A stretch of 63,821 nucleotides of DNA, filler included, from Neoconidiobolus thromboides FSU 785 (Eukaryota > Fungi > Entomophthoromycota): NCBI GenBank assembly GCA_025603075.1. It is 9 parts of 9 records of this genome, joined end to end, with 100 filler letters (N's around TTAATTAATTAA, not from the genome) between each part and the next. Parts side by side here need not be neighbours in the genome. Positions count along the whole stretch, not along the records: positions 1 to 27,407 come from MU626502.1; positions 27,508 to 28,572 come from MU627046.1; positions 28,673 to 34,007 come from MU626755.1; positions 34,108 to 35,644 come from MU626951.1; positions 35,745 to 44,889 come from MU626668.1; 4 more parts are not named here. The stretch is one strand, 5' to 3'. The notes beneath the pieces were generated by a model, which had not been told where the DNA came from, did not search any database, and saw only the letters and a program-made list of their open reading frames with translations. The first letter of the stretch is position 1. Every line of letters starts with the position of its first letter. Both the position numbers and the translations under genes were made by a program. Positions 24,161 through 37,391 of the stretch are shown here, one piece after another.

Positions 24161-25413
24161 GGGAGTGTTTTTTAGCTTCATCACTTTTTCGATTTTTAAG
24201 CGCTATTTGAGTGGAAATTTTGTTGGTAAAATTCTTAAACACAAAGATACATCCTCATTTATACTATTAAGAATAATAATAATAGAAACTAAAGGATGCT
24301 AACTAAAAATAAAGTTATAATTAATAGACCTATAAAAATAAAAGATATTAATTGTATTAACAATAAAGGAGGGTGTTTTTTTTGACTTCATTACTTTTTC
24401 CATTTTTAAGCGCTATTTGAGTGAAAAGATTGTTGGTAAAATTCTTAAACACAAAAAACACTCCCAAATGATTAATTTAAGTTTTGATTATAAAGCCTGT
24501 TGTTAATATTATATAAATTTAAATTAAATTCAATAAAAAAATAAAATATTAAATAAAACTAATTAAAAACAGAGTTAGTTATTATATAGAATAATATAAC
24601 GTAATATAATAATATTTACAATATTATTTAATTTAATAATTTTAATAGTTAAAATAATATAAAAAACAATATTGATAATAAATAATATTACTTTTTATTG
24701 AACTTTAAGAATATGATATATTTTAATACCAATTTATAATAATTATAATATAGCTTCATTTATTTTGTAATATTACTTAACTATTAAACAATATAATATA
24801 AATAATTTATCTTTATAGTTTAAAAAATTTAATAATGAGGATGTATTTTTATGTTTAAGAATTTACTAACAAATTTTCCACTCAAATAGCGCTTAAAAAT
24901 GGAAAAAGTGATGAAATCAAAAATGTTCCAATATATACTTTTGTTAAATAAAGGTAGTTTTGAAAAAATTGTTATGTTATATTATTTAATAATAATAATA
25001 ATTTTGTATTAAGTTAATTTGTTTATTTATTACTTATGATTAGTTGATTTGGATTTCTTTAAAATATTTAATTTAAATAAAAAATTCATTTAAAAATAAT
25101 AAAATTGAAAATATGATAAGCACTGAGTATTATAAATAAACTATATTTGTCTAATTTTTGTAAAAGCAAAAATTAATTGTTAATAGCTATTTTATCAAAT
25201 TAATCTTAGCTAATTAGACTGGTATTATTAACAATCCAAAAGTCTCAATCTTATACAGGTTACTTTTTTTGAAAACAGTTTGATGCCTAAAAAGTTAACT
25301 TTTAATATATATATGAGGATGTTTTTTTTGATTTCATCACTTTTTCCATTTCTTAAGCGTTGTTTGAGCGAAAAGATTATTAGTTAAATTCTTAAACACA
25401 AAAATACATCCCC
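24161..25413. mobile_element. MITE cluster in an extremely AT-rich tract (24161-24256 +, 24369-24465 +, 24837-24930 -, 25315-25413 +)
   Basis: Four recognisable copies; the last has an ATAT TSD. Confidence 0.8.
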
Positions 25414-26112
25414 ATATTGTAATTAACTTTTTTCTAAGATTTTTGGTCTAATGTTGACAAATAATTATTGATTATTAAATATATGAGGGTATTTTTTGGG
25501 CTCATCTCTTTTTAATAAGACTATTGTTACTTCATTTCAATCACAAAATCTTAAAAGAATAAAACTCAATCATTATTTATAACAAAATTTATTCATATGC
25601 AAATTTAGATAGATGTTATTATTTATTTTAGTATCTTCCATTTACTTTTTGTTTCTACTAATAATATGCTTAGGATAAACAATAGTGTTTTATGGAAAAA
25701 GATCAAAACGGATAACTAAATTTTGAAATAAGATACAAATACAAATTTGTTAAAAGGTTCGAATTAAGTAATATATAACAACAATCATATTAAATAATAT
25801 TAAGTTTTCCTATTAAATTAAAATGAAATTATGTCTTCTATTTTTGTTTCCAAATCTAACGTCATTTCTATTGTAAGTGTTAGTCCCATAATAAAAATAG
25901 CATTGATTTAATAATAAAACATGGGAATTTATGCTCCATTTTATTAATTCAATTGAACATTTAATTCCACCGATTACTAAAAAAACGGCAACATTAATTG
26001 GGATAAACAAAGTAGCCGATAAAGTTGTTTTATTTAACCATTGAATCTAGAAGATGTGTGGAAAAAAAGGAATAAAAACTCAAATATAACAGTTCAATTA
26101 ATTATCAAAAAA

Positions 26113-27407
26113 ATGAAATTTTATCAACTTCTTTATTTACAATTCTTATTTTCATTTACTTTTTATGAATCTAAGGGTATTTCATTTACTACTGAAAATT
26201 CCTTTCCATTAAAAATAGTAGTCCACTCTGATTTTGGTGGTAGAAGTCATATCAAGGGGATGTTAGAAATAGGAGATGAATTAATCAATAGAGGCCATCA
26301 AGTAACTTATGTAACTTTAGAACATAATCTTCGATTTTTGAAGGGGTATAGTATTGGTAATTATTCATTAGGTAAACCAAAAATTGATGAAAGTTTTATA
26401 AGAAAAGATATGCAAGATGGCTTAATTAAAGAAGATAAACGAAGTACTATGAAAAGAATGTCAAATATAATGTCAACGTTTTGGACAGAAAACTATGAAT
26501 CTATTTATTTTCCTTTTAAAGATTATCTCACCGAAGAAAAACCTGACCTTATTGTATGTGATTTTATCTCCTATGCTTGTAAAGACTTAGCTAAAACTTT
26601 AAAAATACCTTTAATTGCTGGCTTTCAAACTACAGATGGGTTCGGAATCATTAATACACCCTATATTACATTGGGGATGGAATATGGCCCGATCCATACC
26701 AAAGATATGTCATTTTTTGAACGCTTTTACACTCAAGTGATAAATCCATTATCATTATTCATCGATTTTAGAAATTTATATAAGCAGTTTGATAAGTTAA
26801 GAAGTCAACACAATATTAATCCAACTTTAGATAGATTTGGAGATTTAAATTACGGATTAAACATAGCAAACACATTTGTTGGTTTTGAACCTGCTGCTCC
26901 AATATTACCAAGTATACTTCAATTAGGCCCAATTGTATCTGAAAACAAAGATACTTTAGGATTGGAATTAGAAGGATTTTTAAACCTTCATGAAAATACT
27001 TTGTTCATTGCTTTTGGCTCAAATTCAGTACTAAATGAACATTTAACCAAAAAAATATTAGAAGCATCTTTATTGGCAATTGAAGAGGGGATCATTGATG
27101 GAGTATTATGGGGATTAGGACGTACAAAACAAAGTGATTTTCCAGTGGAAGTAAATAATGGTAAAGGCGGAAAAGTAAAAGTACAAGATTTATTCGAAGG
27201 AAAGAATGATAAAATTAAGCTATTGTCTTGGGCTCCACAAGTTTCAGTCTTAAATCATAAGAATACTAAATTATTCATATCTCATGGTGGATTAGAATCT
27301 ACCTTTGAAGCTATTTATTCAGGTACACCAGTATTATGCTTAGCATTATTTGGAGATCAACCAAGAAATGCACGTAAACTAGAAGAAATTGGAACTGGGA
27401 TTTATAT
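26113..27407 (+). CDS. UDP-glycosyltransferase (GT1, UGT family) with signal peptide, 3' end lost in gap
   Basis: MKFYQLLYLQFLFSFTF N-terminus, GGRSH catalytic His region, UGT signature WAPQVSVLNHKNTKLFISHGGLESTFEAIYSGTPVLCLALFGDQ. Confidence 0.92.
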
Positions 27408-27507
27408 NNNNNNNNNNNNNNNNNNNNNNNNNNNNNNNNNNNNNNNNNNNNTTAATTAATTAANNNNNNNNNNNNNNNNNNNNNNNNNNNNNNNNNNNNN
27501 NNNNNNN
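27408..27507. other. Artificial 100-bp gap linker N44-TTAATTAATTAA-N44 (also 28573-28672, 34008-34107, 35645-35744, 44890-44989, 51418-51517, 59938-60037, 62267-62366)
   Basis: Identical structure at all eight sites; the 12-mer gives stops in all six frames. Confidence 0.98.
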
Positions 27508-27636
27508 TGTATTTTTTTGTTTAAGAATTTTACCAACAATTTTTCCATTCAAATAGCGCTTAAAAAATGGAAAAAGTGATCAAGTCAAAAAAACACCCCC
27601 ATTTGTTAGTAAAATTCTCATACAAAAATACATCCC
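27508..27636. mobile_element. MITE (27508-27600, minus) abutting the right-end fragment of a second MITE
   Basis: ...AAAAAACACCCCC ATTT GTTAGTAAAATTCTCATACAAAAATACATCCCC. Confidence 0.75.
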
Positions 27637-28672
27637 CATATATATTTTAATGAATATTTGAAATATACAAATGCTATTAGAGTAAGCCGAAAGGTAAGTT
27701 TTAATAGTTGTGTTTATTCAATATTAAAAAAAGAAATTATAATGTATCCAAAACCTATTTATATAACTAAATTATACATATTAAAAAGTATCTACTAATT
27801 TTGACTTTGGATCCTTAGGATTTTATAATTGAGTGGTTCTTTAGGACTAAAAAGTCTTGGGCATTTAACTATAAGTTAAAATTTAGAACGTCATCAGAGA
27901 GTTAGTTATATACCAAAATTTGATTTTTTTTGTCTTGGATTGCTTGTGAATGATTTAAGTAGATGATATTTTTATTCGATCAAAGTTATAAAACTTTATG
28001 AAAATATAAAAAATGGATGCTATAAAATTATAATATATATAAAAACATCTAATAAACCATTTCATTATTGTTATTTGTATAAAGGAGACGTTCATGCACT
28101 GCTTTATAAAACTAGTTCAAAAAAATACTCAATTTGGTCAGGGTTATGTATTATTGACTTTAATTAAACTATTAAATAATATACATTTAAACATACAAAA
28201 ATATTTTTATAAAATACATTTTATTAATAGCATTAAAAATTGAAACATATTACTATTACTATAGTATAAAAATTAAACTAAATTAATCAAATTGATTATT
28301 ACAACTCCTAAAAAATTTGATTTATTTATGAAATAATTTACTTTTGTAATATATAAATAAACTATAACTATCCTTTGTAAATTTATTCCTATAGTAGTTA
28401 AACCAAAATCAAAAATAAGATTATGCTTCCCGATCAAATAAACAGTGCATCTATTAATAAGCCGCTTAATATATTTAAAAAGCTAAATTGTTTTTTTGAC
28501 TTCACTATTTTTTTATTAAATCTCGATGAAATAGTTGAATCATTTAGTAAATATTGTATAATAGTTTCAATTNNNNNNNNNNNNNNNNNNNNNNNNNNNN
28601 NNNNNNNNNNNNNNNNTTAATTAATTAANNNNNNNNNNNNNNNNNNNNNNNNNNNNNNNNNNNNNNNNNNNN

Positions 28673-29138
28673 CAATATTTAGTAACTTTGTCATTATAAT
28701 TAAGTAAACCTTGATCAACTAATCTACTAACGACTAAAGCTGTCTGTCAAAACAAAGTATTAAAATAAAGTATTAAAATAAAATATAATTACATACCATA
28801 AACTTAGTACTTGAATAAACAGTAGAAAATGTATTTTCAGTGAAGGGGATCTTTTTTTCAAAGATTTGATAACCACCATAACTATCCACTACTTTATTAC
28901 CATTAGAATAAACAGTAACTGAAGCACCTACTTCTCTTCCTTGCTCAAAATTATCTTTGAATATTTCCATCATTTTTTCATAACCTTTATCATAGTCCAA
29001 TTGAAATGGATATTCTGGACGAAATAAACTGAAGTATTTAGTATACCAAGGACTAAATTCATCTTTTTTACAAATTCTACTAAATAGGTAAGCTGCACCT
29101 ACACTTACGCCTAATACTGTTGCTGTTAAACTATTCAT
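28673..29138 (-). CDS. Beta-lactamase-family serine hydrolase (family VIII esterase-like), 3' part lost in gap
   Basis: F..NFEQGREVGASVTVY..G..VVD..GG and SxxK motif (YSSTK); intron 28744-28796, then TALVVSRLVDQGLLNYNDKVTKY; hydrophobic N-terminal anchor. Confidence 0.88.
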
Positions 29139-29324
29139 TTTGTTTTTTATAATTTAATGATTTTGATGACTAGCATTGTTTTTATACTTTTGCTTTTAGT
29201 CAACTTACCTTTTTTGGATTTCGGACCAACTCAAAATTTAATTGCTGCTCAAATCGCTGTTCCAAATGAACTACCATTTTTAAATATAAAAGTTTTTTTA
29301 AGCCATGAAGATTTTTCGAAAAAA

Positions 29325-29330
29325 ACGCGA
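29325..29330. promoter_or_regulatory. MCB/SCB/E2F-like CGCG element upstream of CDC6
   Basis: AAAAACGCGAATT about 330 bp upstream of the CDC6 ATG, in CpG-poor DNA. Confidence 0.35.
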
Positions 29331-29656
29331 ATTTAAATATTTGAAGCAGTTTTAATTTTCCCTACTTAAATATAAACATTACTCAAATAGCAACCTTTTT
29401 AAAGGGTCAAAAATTATGGAAAAAGATTCTAAAAGCGCAACTTAAATTAAACTATCAAAATGATTTAAGTCTCAATGTCCTTAGGATTTGGTCTATTTAC
29501 TATTTTTATTTATCTATTACTTATAATACTAAAATATTTCAAGAACTTTATCTTTTTAAGTACTTCTTAAACGATTGGCTTTACTATAGTGAAATCTGAT
29601 TAGTTCATAATTTTTATAAATTAGGGTCAAAAAATCAAAAAAATTCTATAAAGATT

Positions 29657-31316
29657 ATGGTATATCAAACACGATCAAAAGTAAACAATAGCAATGGTAA
29701 AACAAGGGAAACTAAAGTAGAAAAAAGTATCCAAACTAAAGCAGAAAAGAAAGTAAAGAGTATAAAGAGAGGGAAGAGAAGTCAAAAAGAAGAGAATGGA
29801 AAAGTAGAAGTTAAAAAGAAAAGGGTTGGTAGAAAGAAAAAAATAGAGGTTGAAGCTGAAGTTGAAGTTGAAGATATATATTCATTAGCCAAAAAGATGT
29901 TTGATAGAGGGAATAGTAAAATTTATGAAATAAGTGAGATAGTGGGTAGAGAAGACGAGATTAAGGAACTTGAAGCTTTTTGGAAGGATACAACATTGAA
30001 TAAAAAGGCAGATTCATTATATGTATGTGGTCAACCTGGCACAGGTAAATCGGCTATGATTAAAGCATTTTTTAACCAAGACGCTATTAAGAAATGTAGA
30101 GATTATTTGGTTTTAAATGTCAATTGTGTCAGTTTAGGAAAGAATCACTTTTTTGAACGAATCATTGAATTATTAAAAATTGAAGATGAGGAAGCAGATA
30201 ATAAAGCTGAAGTTTTATTTGATGAGTATATAACTAATAAGCGCAACCCGCAGTTGTAAGTTATAATTTATTATATATTTTTATAAAACCAACCCTGTTA
30301 TTGTAGAGTTTTAATATTAGATGAGATTGATTATTTACTGAATGAAAAGAATGCTGAGTTAATGTATAAAATATTTTCTTATGTTTACAAGAAGAAATCA
30401 AAATTAGTGTTGATTGGGATTGCTAATGATCTAACTTTAACTGAAACTTCATTACCAAGATTAAGAACAAGAGGATGTAAGCTTTGAGTTATTTATATAT
30501 ATTTATGTTTAACTATTTATAATAGTTTCACCAAATGTTATTAGATTTCAGCCATACACTGTTGAAAAAATGATAAAGATCGTTAATCAATTGATGATTC
30601 CAATTGAAAAAACATATATAGATAGCATAAATAACAATGATACAGATGACAATAATATAAACAGCAATAGCGTTAGTGGCAACAAGTCGAAATTTTTTGA
30701 TCCTAAAGCTATTGAGCTTTTGTGTCGTAAAGTTTCAGTTAGTTCTGGAGATCTAAGAAAAGTATTAGACTGCTGTAAACAAGCCATTAACGTAGCATCA
30801 TTAGAATTTTTAATGTCAGATAATACTAAGATTGTGAATATAAGCACAGCCCATATCTTAAAAGCATTAGCACCTACATCTACACCACCACTAATTCAAT
30901 CATTAAAGAATTTACCAATGAATTCTCAATTGATATTAATAGCAGCATTGAATTTAGCTGGAAGTAGTAATCGGTATTTTAGTATTACGAAAGTAAGTGT
31001 TTGTCATTATTATGTATCATGGCTAATAAATTATACTTAGTTATTTGAGGAGTATATTAGAATATGTAAATGTGATGATTTATTTAATCCAGTAAGTAAA
31101 AGTGAGTTTAATGATTTAGTTAATAGCCTAGAAAGTATGAACTTTTTAAAAAACAAAAAGGAAAAGAAAGGAAAAAACAACAAAATCATTATTTCAGGTT
31201 GGAGTAATGAATTAGGAATCGCTGGTTTTTCTATTGGATTAAGAGATGCCCTGCTTACCATTGATCTTATTAAGCATTTAATAAATCCAGAAATTCAACC
31301 TCGCAATATTGAATGA
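29657..31316 (+). CDS. CDC6: Cell division control protein 6 (AAA+ ATPase), 4 exons
   Basis: Exons 29657-30255, 30307-30476, 30526-30992, 31041-31316; IVGRE.E, Walker A GQPGTGKS, Walker B LILDEID, LIGIANDL, F.PYT, SGDLRKVLD, winged-helix C-terminus. Confidence 0.93.
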
Positions 31317-31618
31317 ATATCTCCTATCATATGGAGGTCAATCACTTTTAGATTTCTTCACTCCCCTTTAGCATAGTGCTTCTGGCTGAATGAATTCAAA
31401 GCCTTTCAGTCTTAGTCTTAATAAAGATTCAGTAAATTAGATTGATAGTAAACAGATTATAAACTTCATGAACTTTTTTAAAAATGTAAACAAAATAAAA
31501 ACATTATCATTTAAAGTAGCGATTTATATAGTAATAGTTATAACCACCTACGAAGTAATGGATAGTTACCATACATAATAGCGCTCATACTAGTAACCTG
31601 CGCACAATCGAATATCAT

Positions 31619-32597
31619 TTAAGCTTTTGGGCAATCATTGCGAATATGGCCAGATTCCTGTAAAATATAAGTATATAAACTAAACACTTTAAAAACAAAT
31701 AATTACTCCACAATTGTAACAAGCCTTGGAAGCTGGTTGTTGGCAATCTTTTGAAATATGTCCGTTTTTCTAAGTTTAATTTAGTACTATTGTAGAACTA
31801 GTTATTACATTTAATTACCCCACAGTTATAGCATTTTGCTTCGTTTGAGCATTCACGAGAGGTATGACCGCGTTCACCACAAGTGTAGCATGTCTGAATA
31901 AAATTAAAAAAATTAAAAAAACTAAATAATAGTATTCAGTTACCTTAGAACTACCATAACCTCCAGAGTTTCTGCAGTCACGGGAAATGTGACCAGTTTT
32001 ACCGCACTAAAATGAATTTATAAGTTACAATTTCAAATGAATTAGTTTTAACTTACATTATAACATTCAACACCACCTCTTTCTCTTCTATTACCAGTTG
32101 AATCTTCAGCTTTAGGACAGTCCCTTGCTAAATGGCCGCTTTCTCCACACTGTTATCCAGGTTAAAATAAATATCAAGCAAAAATAGTGAAAATTTTACT
32201 TTGTAACAGTTTTTAGAACCTGTACCTGAACGGCTGTTGTTGGCTTTGTCATTGGGTTCTGTACATTCACGAGACTAAATAAAAACAAATGGATTATTAT
32301 TATTAGTGGTAAAATATTAGTAGTAACATACAATATGACCAGTTTGGTTACAGTTGTAACATGTTTTTTCAGCAGCTTCTTCAACACAGTCTCTGCTTAA
32401 ATGTCCAGTTTGGTTGCAGTTATAACTATTTATTATTTAATATTCTTTCTTTTTAACTATCTATTAATTATTTTACCATCTTTGTCCTTTAGTACAATCT
32501 CTGGCTTGATGGCCAGCTAAAAAAGGGATTAGTATAAAATAAATTGATCTAAACACAGCTACTTACTTTCACCACAAGAATAACATGAACGATTCAT
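31619..32597 (-). CDS. GIS2: CNBP/Gis2/Byr3-family CCHC zinc-knuckle protein, 9 exons, 8 knuckles
   Basis: Spliced manually through GT-AG introns: MNRSCYSCGETGHQARDC...CYNCGESGHIRNDCPKA*; eight CX2CX4HX4C motifs. Confidence 0.88.
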
Positions 32598-33086
32598 TTC
32601 AATAAACTTTAAATATAATTAAAAGTACTTTTTTATAAAGTTGTAAAATCCGAGGTTTTAATTTCTTTTTTAAGCTAGTTGAAAGCTTACTATTTATCTC
32701 CAATTAAAACTCACACTGTCAAAACTAGAGCTGTTTATTGGCGCTTGGAACTTTGATCTCACTTTCTGCACTATATTTTTGTAACTTTTAGCTTACCTTT
32801 AGATTGATTGGTAATTCCTACTTTTGGTCATTCTTTCCAATGATTTTATTTCTATTTCTTTAATTTTGGGGTAAGCCAAATTATTATGGGAGCTTATTTT
32901 GTAATTATTATAAATCACTGTAAAAATTATTCTATTTTGGATATTGTAATTTATAAGATTATCATTTTCAAAATCATACGTTAATCTAATAGAATCAATA
33001 GCGTACACTATTTTTTAAATGCGATTCCCGTTTTTTTTTCACGGTACTTTCTAAAGCTTGTAGTATATGTAGCTTTATTAAAAATG

Positions 33087-33130
33087 TCATATTATATCAT
33101 ATTATATCATAGTATATCATAGTATATCAT
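33087..33130. repeat. 10-bp tandem repeat (A[T/G]TATATCAT)x4
   Basis: Read directly. Confidence 0.7.
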
Positions 33131-33422
33131 CTCAGTTTTAACTATATAGTATTGGTTCAAAAACTTAATTCTGATTTTATTCAATTCTGGTTTTGGCAGA
33201 AATTATTGCAACTAGATACCAAATACTACAAAATACCTTTTTGCTTAATTTTAATAGCTCATATTGGAACGTTTTTAGTTTTATAGCTTATTTAAAATTT
33301 TACGCTACATGAAAATGAACAAAAAGCGAATTGGAAAATTTCACTTAATTTTAGCTGAGCTTTTAAACTGACCCAAATATTTTGATACTAGGATACAAAG
33401 ATACCTTTTTATCTCAGCATTT

Positions 33423-33521
33423 GGGGATGTTTTTTTTGGCTTCATTACTTTTTCCACCTTCCAAGCGCTATTTAAGCGGAAAAATTGTTGGTAAAATTGT
33501 TAGACACAAAAATACATCCCC
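33423..33521 (+). mobile_element. MITE copy
   Basis: GGGGATG...CATCCCC, ATTT TSD, 99 bp. Confidence 0.9.
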
Positions 33522-35001
33522 ATTTGTTTAGTTATTTGTTATTTTTATGCTTCCAAAAAGTGAGCAAATTATTGAAATGAAAAGGTACCCTTGTAATGAA
33601 CTTTTGATGAAAAACATACCAACACATACAGCATACAGCTATTTTGTTTAAAATTGCAGAATTTAGCTTTGGTTTGTGATATTTTAAACGTACACCCTAT
33701 TTGGAAAGCTGTCCTCTACTTTCAGTTGGATCTTACTTTTGCTGCTTTTTTCTGTTATGTTTTATGTTATAATAAATTGTTGCAAAAAATGTTAAATCCT
33801 TATAAAGAAAGAATTGAATTTAAATTAATTAATAGTCTTTATTTGTTAACTCATTCAATATATTAATACTAGACAATTAAATTGAAGTCTGTTATATTAG
33901 CGATAGATCATATTTAGTTTAATAACACTCTTTCTTATTAGATATATGATTACATAGATAATTGAACACTGAGTTTACTCTGATGATTTTGTATATATAT
34001 ACTTCTTNNNNNNNNNNNNNNNNNNNNNNNNNNNNNNNNNNNNNNNNNNNNTTAATTAATTAANNNNNNNNNNNNNNNNNNNNNNNNNNNNNNNNNNNNN
34101 NNNNNNNTATGCTTGTCATGAATAAGTGGAGATGAGAAATAATGAATTTGATATTTATTATTTTAAATTTGTTTGACTTTTAATAAATGTTAATATCCCT
34201 TTTGTTTATTTAATTATCTTATATTTGTATTTAAATACTATATAGTGTTAGTTTCACATATTTAAAGAAAGTTTGTTCTCATACCCTATATATAATTAAA
34301 TAAAGATAGATCTTAGATATCCGGTTAACTAGACATATTACCATTTAAAATTAAAGGTTTTATTTGTGCTATATTTTTTATCTTATGAGAAACTTAAAAG
34401 TCAACTATTATTTTACCAGTATACAAATAGCCGTTTTTGATAAATTATTATAATCCTGACAAAGGCTCAGTTCCTCTATAGGCTTATGAAGTGACCTTCC
34501 CAGAACCTGTAGTTACTAGATAACAACCTGTATATTTTCAAAGTTTACTTTATGTTATATATGCCATTTGCTTATATAGTCTACAGTTTGACAAAAATCG
34601 CTTGCCACATTAGTAGTTAAAGCTCTCACCACCGTTTCCAGATACAGCTAAAATTCTTAGGAAACACTGCCTCAACCGTATAATCTTTCTAAAAAAACAC
34701 TGTAGTTTACTAATATTTGTTTGAAGTCTGTATCATCAATGAACATCTACTCTTTTATTTACAAAAAGTTGACAAAAGACTTGACTCATTGTGTTATTAC
34801 CTTTAAATGAAATAGTTTTGTGTTTAAATTCAAAGCATATTAAGATATATTTTTTTGCTTAAGAATTCTACTTTGATTGTGTCTATTATTAAGTTCAAAA
34901 TTAACTGATTTATGTAATTCAATTTAAAGTAAATTATATAGATACAATTATCAAAAACAATAACAAAAAAGCTCAATTTCCTGAAAATAGAATAATTATT
35001 T

Positions 35002-35100
35002 GGGGATGTTTTTTTTGGGTTCATTATTTTTTCCATCTTTTAAGCGCTATTCGAATAAAAAAATTGTTAGTAAAATTCTTAAATACAAAAACACATCCCC
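35002..35100 (+). mobile_element. MITE copy (another at ~35348-35444, minus)
   Basis: GGGGATG...CATCCCC, ATTT TSD, 99 bp. Confidence 0.9.
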
Positions 35101-35744
35101 ATTTATAAAAAAAAGTCTTAAGTAGCTATTATGATTGTAGTTTGATAAACTTAAAAAAAAGTCTATTTATGAACTTAGAATTTGAAACTAAAATATAAGT
35201 CATTAAACCCTTATTTAGTAGTTATAAAGTTTTAATATACATTTAATACTATTTCCTCACTTGAATTTATAGTAAATAAATCAAAACTTATATTACTGAT
35301 AAACTTCAACAACTAATATTCTCAAATGTTACATTGTTAAACTATTTGGGGATGTCCTTTTTTGCCCAAGAGTTTTACTAGTAATTTTTCCACTCAATTA
35401 GTGCTTAAAAAATGAAAAAAGTGATGAGACCAAAAAAATATCCTATTTATTGGCTTATAAACTGACAAATACACTTAGTTCAAATTTTAATTGAAAAAAT
35501 TTTAATGACAAAGATCTCCTAAGAATAAATGATTGACTATATTTTTTAGAACAAATTATCAACAGATTCTAATAAATTATTATAAAATGATATTAACATA
35601 TGTTTCAACTTGTTCAAATGATCTTTATTTAAACAATGAAATTCNNNNNNNNNNNNNNNNNNNNNNNNNNNNNNNNNNNNNNNNNNNNTTAATTAATTAA
35701 NNNNNNNNNNNNNNNNNNNNNNNNNNNNNNNNNNNNNNNNNNNN

Positions 35745-36286
35745 TAAACTAAACTAAGTGCATCCCTAGCTTGTTTAAAACCAAGATGAACTTGAACTTT
35801 ACTATTACCAGAAAACAAATCCACTTTATCTACTTTAACGTTTTGTACCCAATTTTTAATATTTGATGTGCCTCTAAATGAAACGACAATAAACTTGTTA
35901 GTGGGATCAAGTCCAATATAACCTCTAGTTTCATACTTAGTATCTTCGAATACTTTGACTACTTTCAAGCCTCCATAAACGGAACAATGGTTGCAGCTCC
36001 AATTGGCTAAAGTAGAATCACCACAATAAGCAGCACCGGCTAATCGTGCCATCTTTTTAGCAGTAGCTTCATTAGAGACAATTAATCTGTTGACTGGAGA
36101 GCCCCTAGATTCTCGCACTGGTATGTCTTTAAAATCTTTAACAAGCTGGTTAAGATTATCGATTAAATTGTTGAGATAGGGGTCAGAAGAAACAGATGTA
36201 GCATTGAGTTTAGCTTGTTGCTGTAACTCACTGTTAATAGCGGAAAGGCAAAAAAGAGAGGATAATAAACCAATGTTTAACTTCAT
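35745..36286 (-). CDS. Secreted class 3 lipase (Rhizomucor/Rhizopus type), N-terminal part
   Basis: Signal peptide and propeptide, AAYC...W.C.HC, RGYIGLD, IVVSFRGTS lid region, VHLGF; cut by the gap before GHSLG. Confidence 0.9.
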
Positions 36287-37391
36287 ATTGAAATTATATT
36301 ATTTTGATAAAAATATAGACTTGTATTTATACTATTTTAATTCACTATAATGTATCTATAAATGTTAATTTAAAATTGAAAGTTTTTTGTTAGATGAGGA
36401 ACTTGTATAATAAAATCAATAGTCAATTATGTGAAATTAAAATATAAATAATTATTATATTACTATTAAGTGAATCAAGTGATATTCTAATAGAAAGTTT
36501 CATTGTTTTATTTATAAGTAAAATAAAAACAACCATAATTAATCGACTAAAGTATACACAACACTTTAGTATAATGAGATAACAAACCCTATATTTTTAT
36601 GCTGCAGAATTTTGAATGCTAATGTCTTTTATTTAAAGGTCTTAATAAAATAAGCTTTCAATAGATACAATAAGAACAATATTAGATACAAATATTCCAG
36701 GCATGGTTTTTAATTTGAAGGGGTAAAATTAAGGTTGAATAGCACATGTCTAAATGTCAGTTATATATGGTATTTAACATTAGCATGGGTATTTTATATT
36801 CCCCTTTCAATAAGCATTTATTAAATGTGAAGAATTTATTCTTTCACTTATTTAAGTAATTACATTCCAGCTACTCTTACTGCAACTATACAGTATCTTA
36901 GCATATATTTTTAAAAATTTATCTGACAATGTAAACATATTAAAGTTAAGTAGGATCATGTTTAATTACCTTCACTACCAGTCCTTAAAAATCCTTCTAC
37001 TCCAAAAAGCTTTAGTAGAAATGGCACAGATATTTAAATAGAGAGTTTAATTACATTTACCACAAGGCTAAAGACACTCAAAACCAATAAGACCAATTCC
37101 AGTAATTAAACTGGTCATCAGCTGATAAGATTATCAATATCTCACATTGCCTTCACTATCTTTTCTTACCATTTTTAGACTACTTTCGAATACTTTTGCG
37201 CTTAAAGAAACTAACCTGTTCTATTGGATATGAGGTCAAGAAAATACAATAAAGCTTTCTTTTTCTTGCAATTTTACTAACAATTTGTCTATTATTAATA
37301 ATATATATAAAATGAAGCTAGAAAAATATTAGAATATATAAAAGCTTATGAAAATTTTATTTTTCAAATCATTTACTCAAGTTTGTTAATT

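Noticed and set aside
24270-25200. Extremely AT-rich tract as a centromere or origin (also ~12000-13100)
   Set aside because: Composition alone is not diagnostic in this genome; more simply eroded repeat DNA.
27452-27463. TTAATTAATTAA repeated eight times as a biological repeat or CRISPR-like array
   Set aside because: Always centred in 44+44 Ns; an assembly linker.
31330-31612. GC-richer CDC6-GIS2 intergenic segments as a snoRNA or structured RNA
   Set aside because: Only short imperfect stems and no convincing C/D or H/ACA box arrangement.
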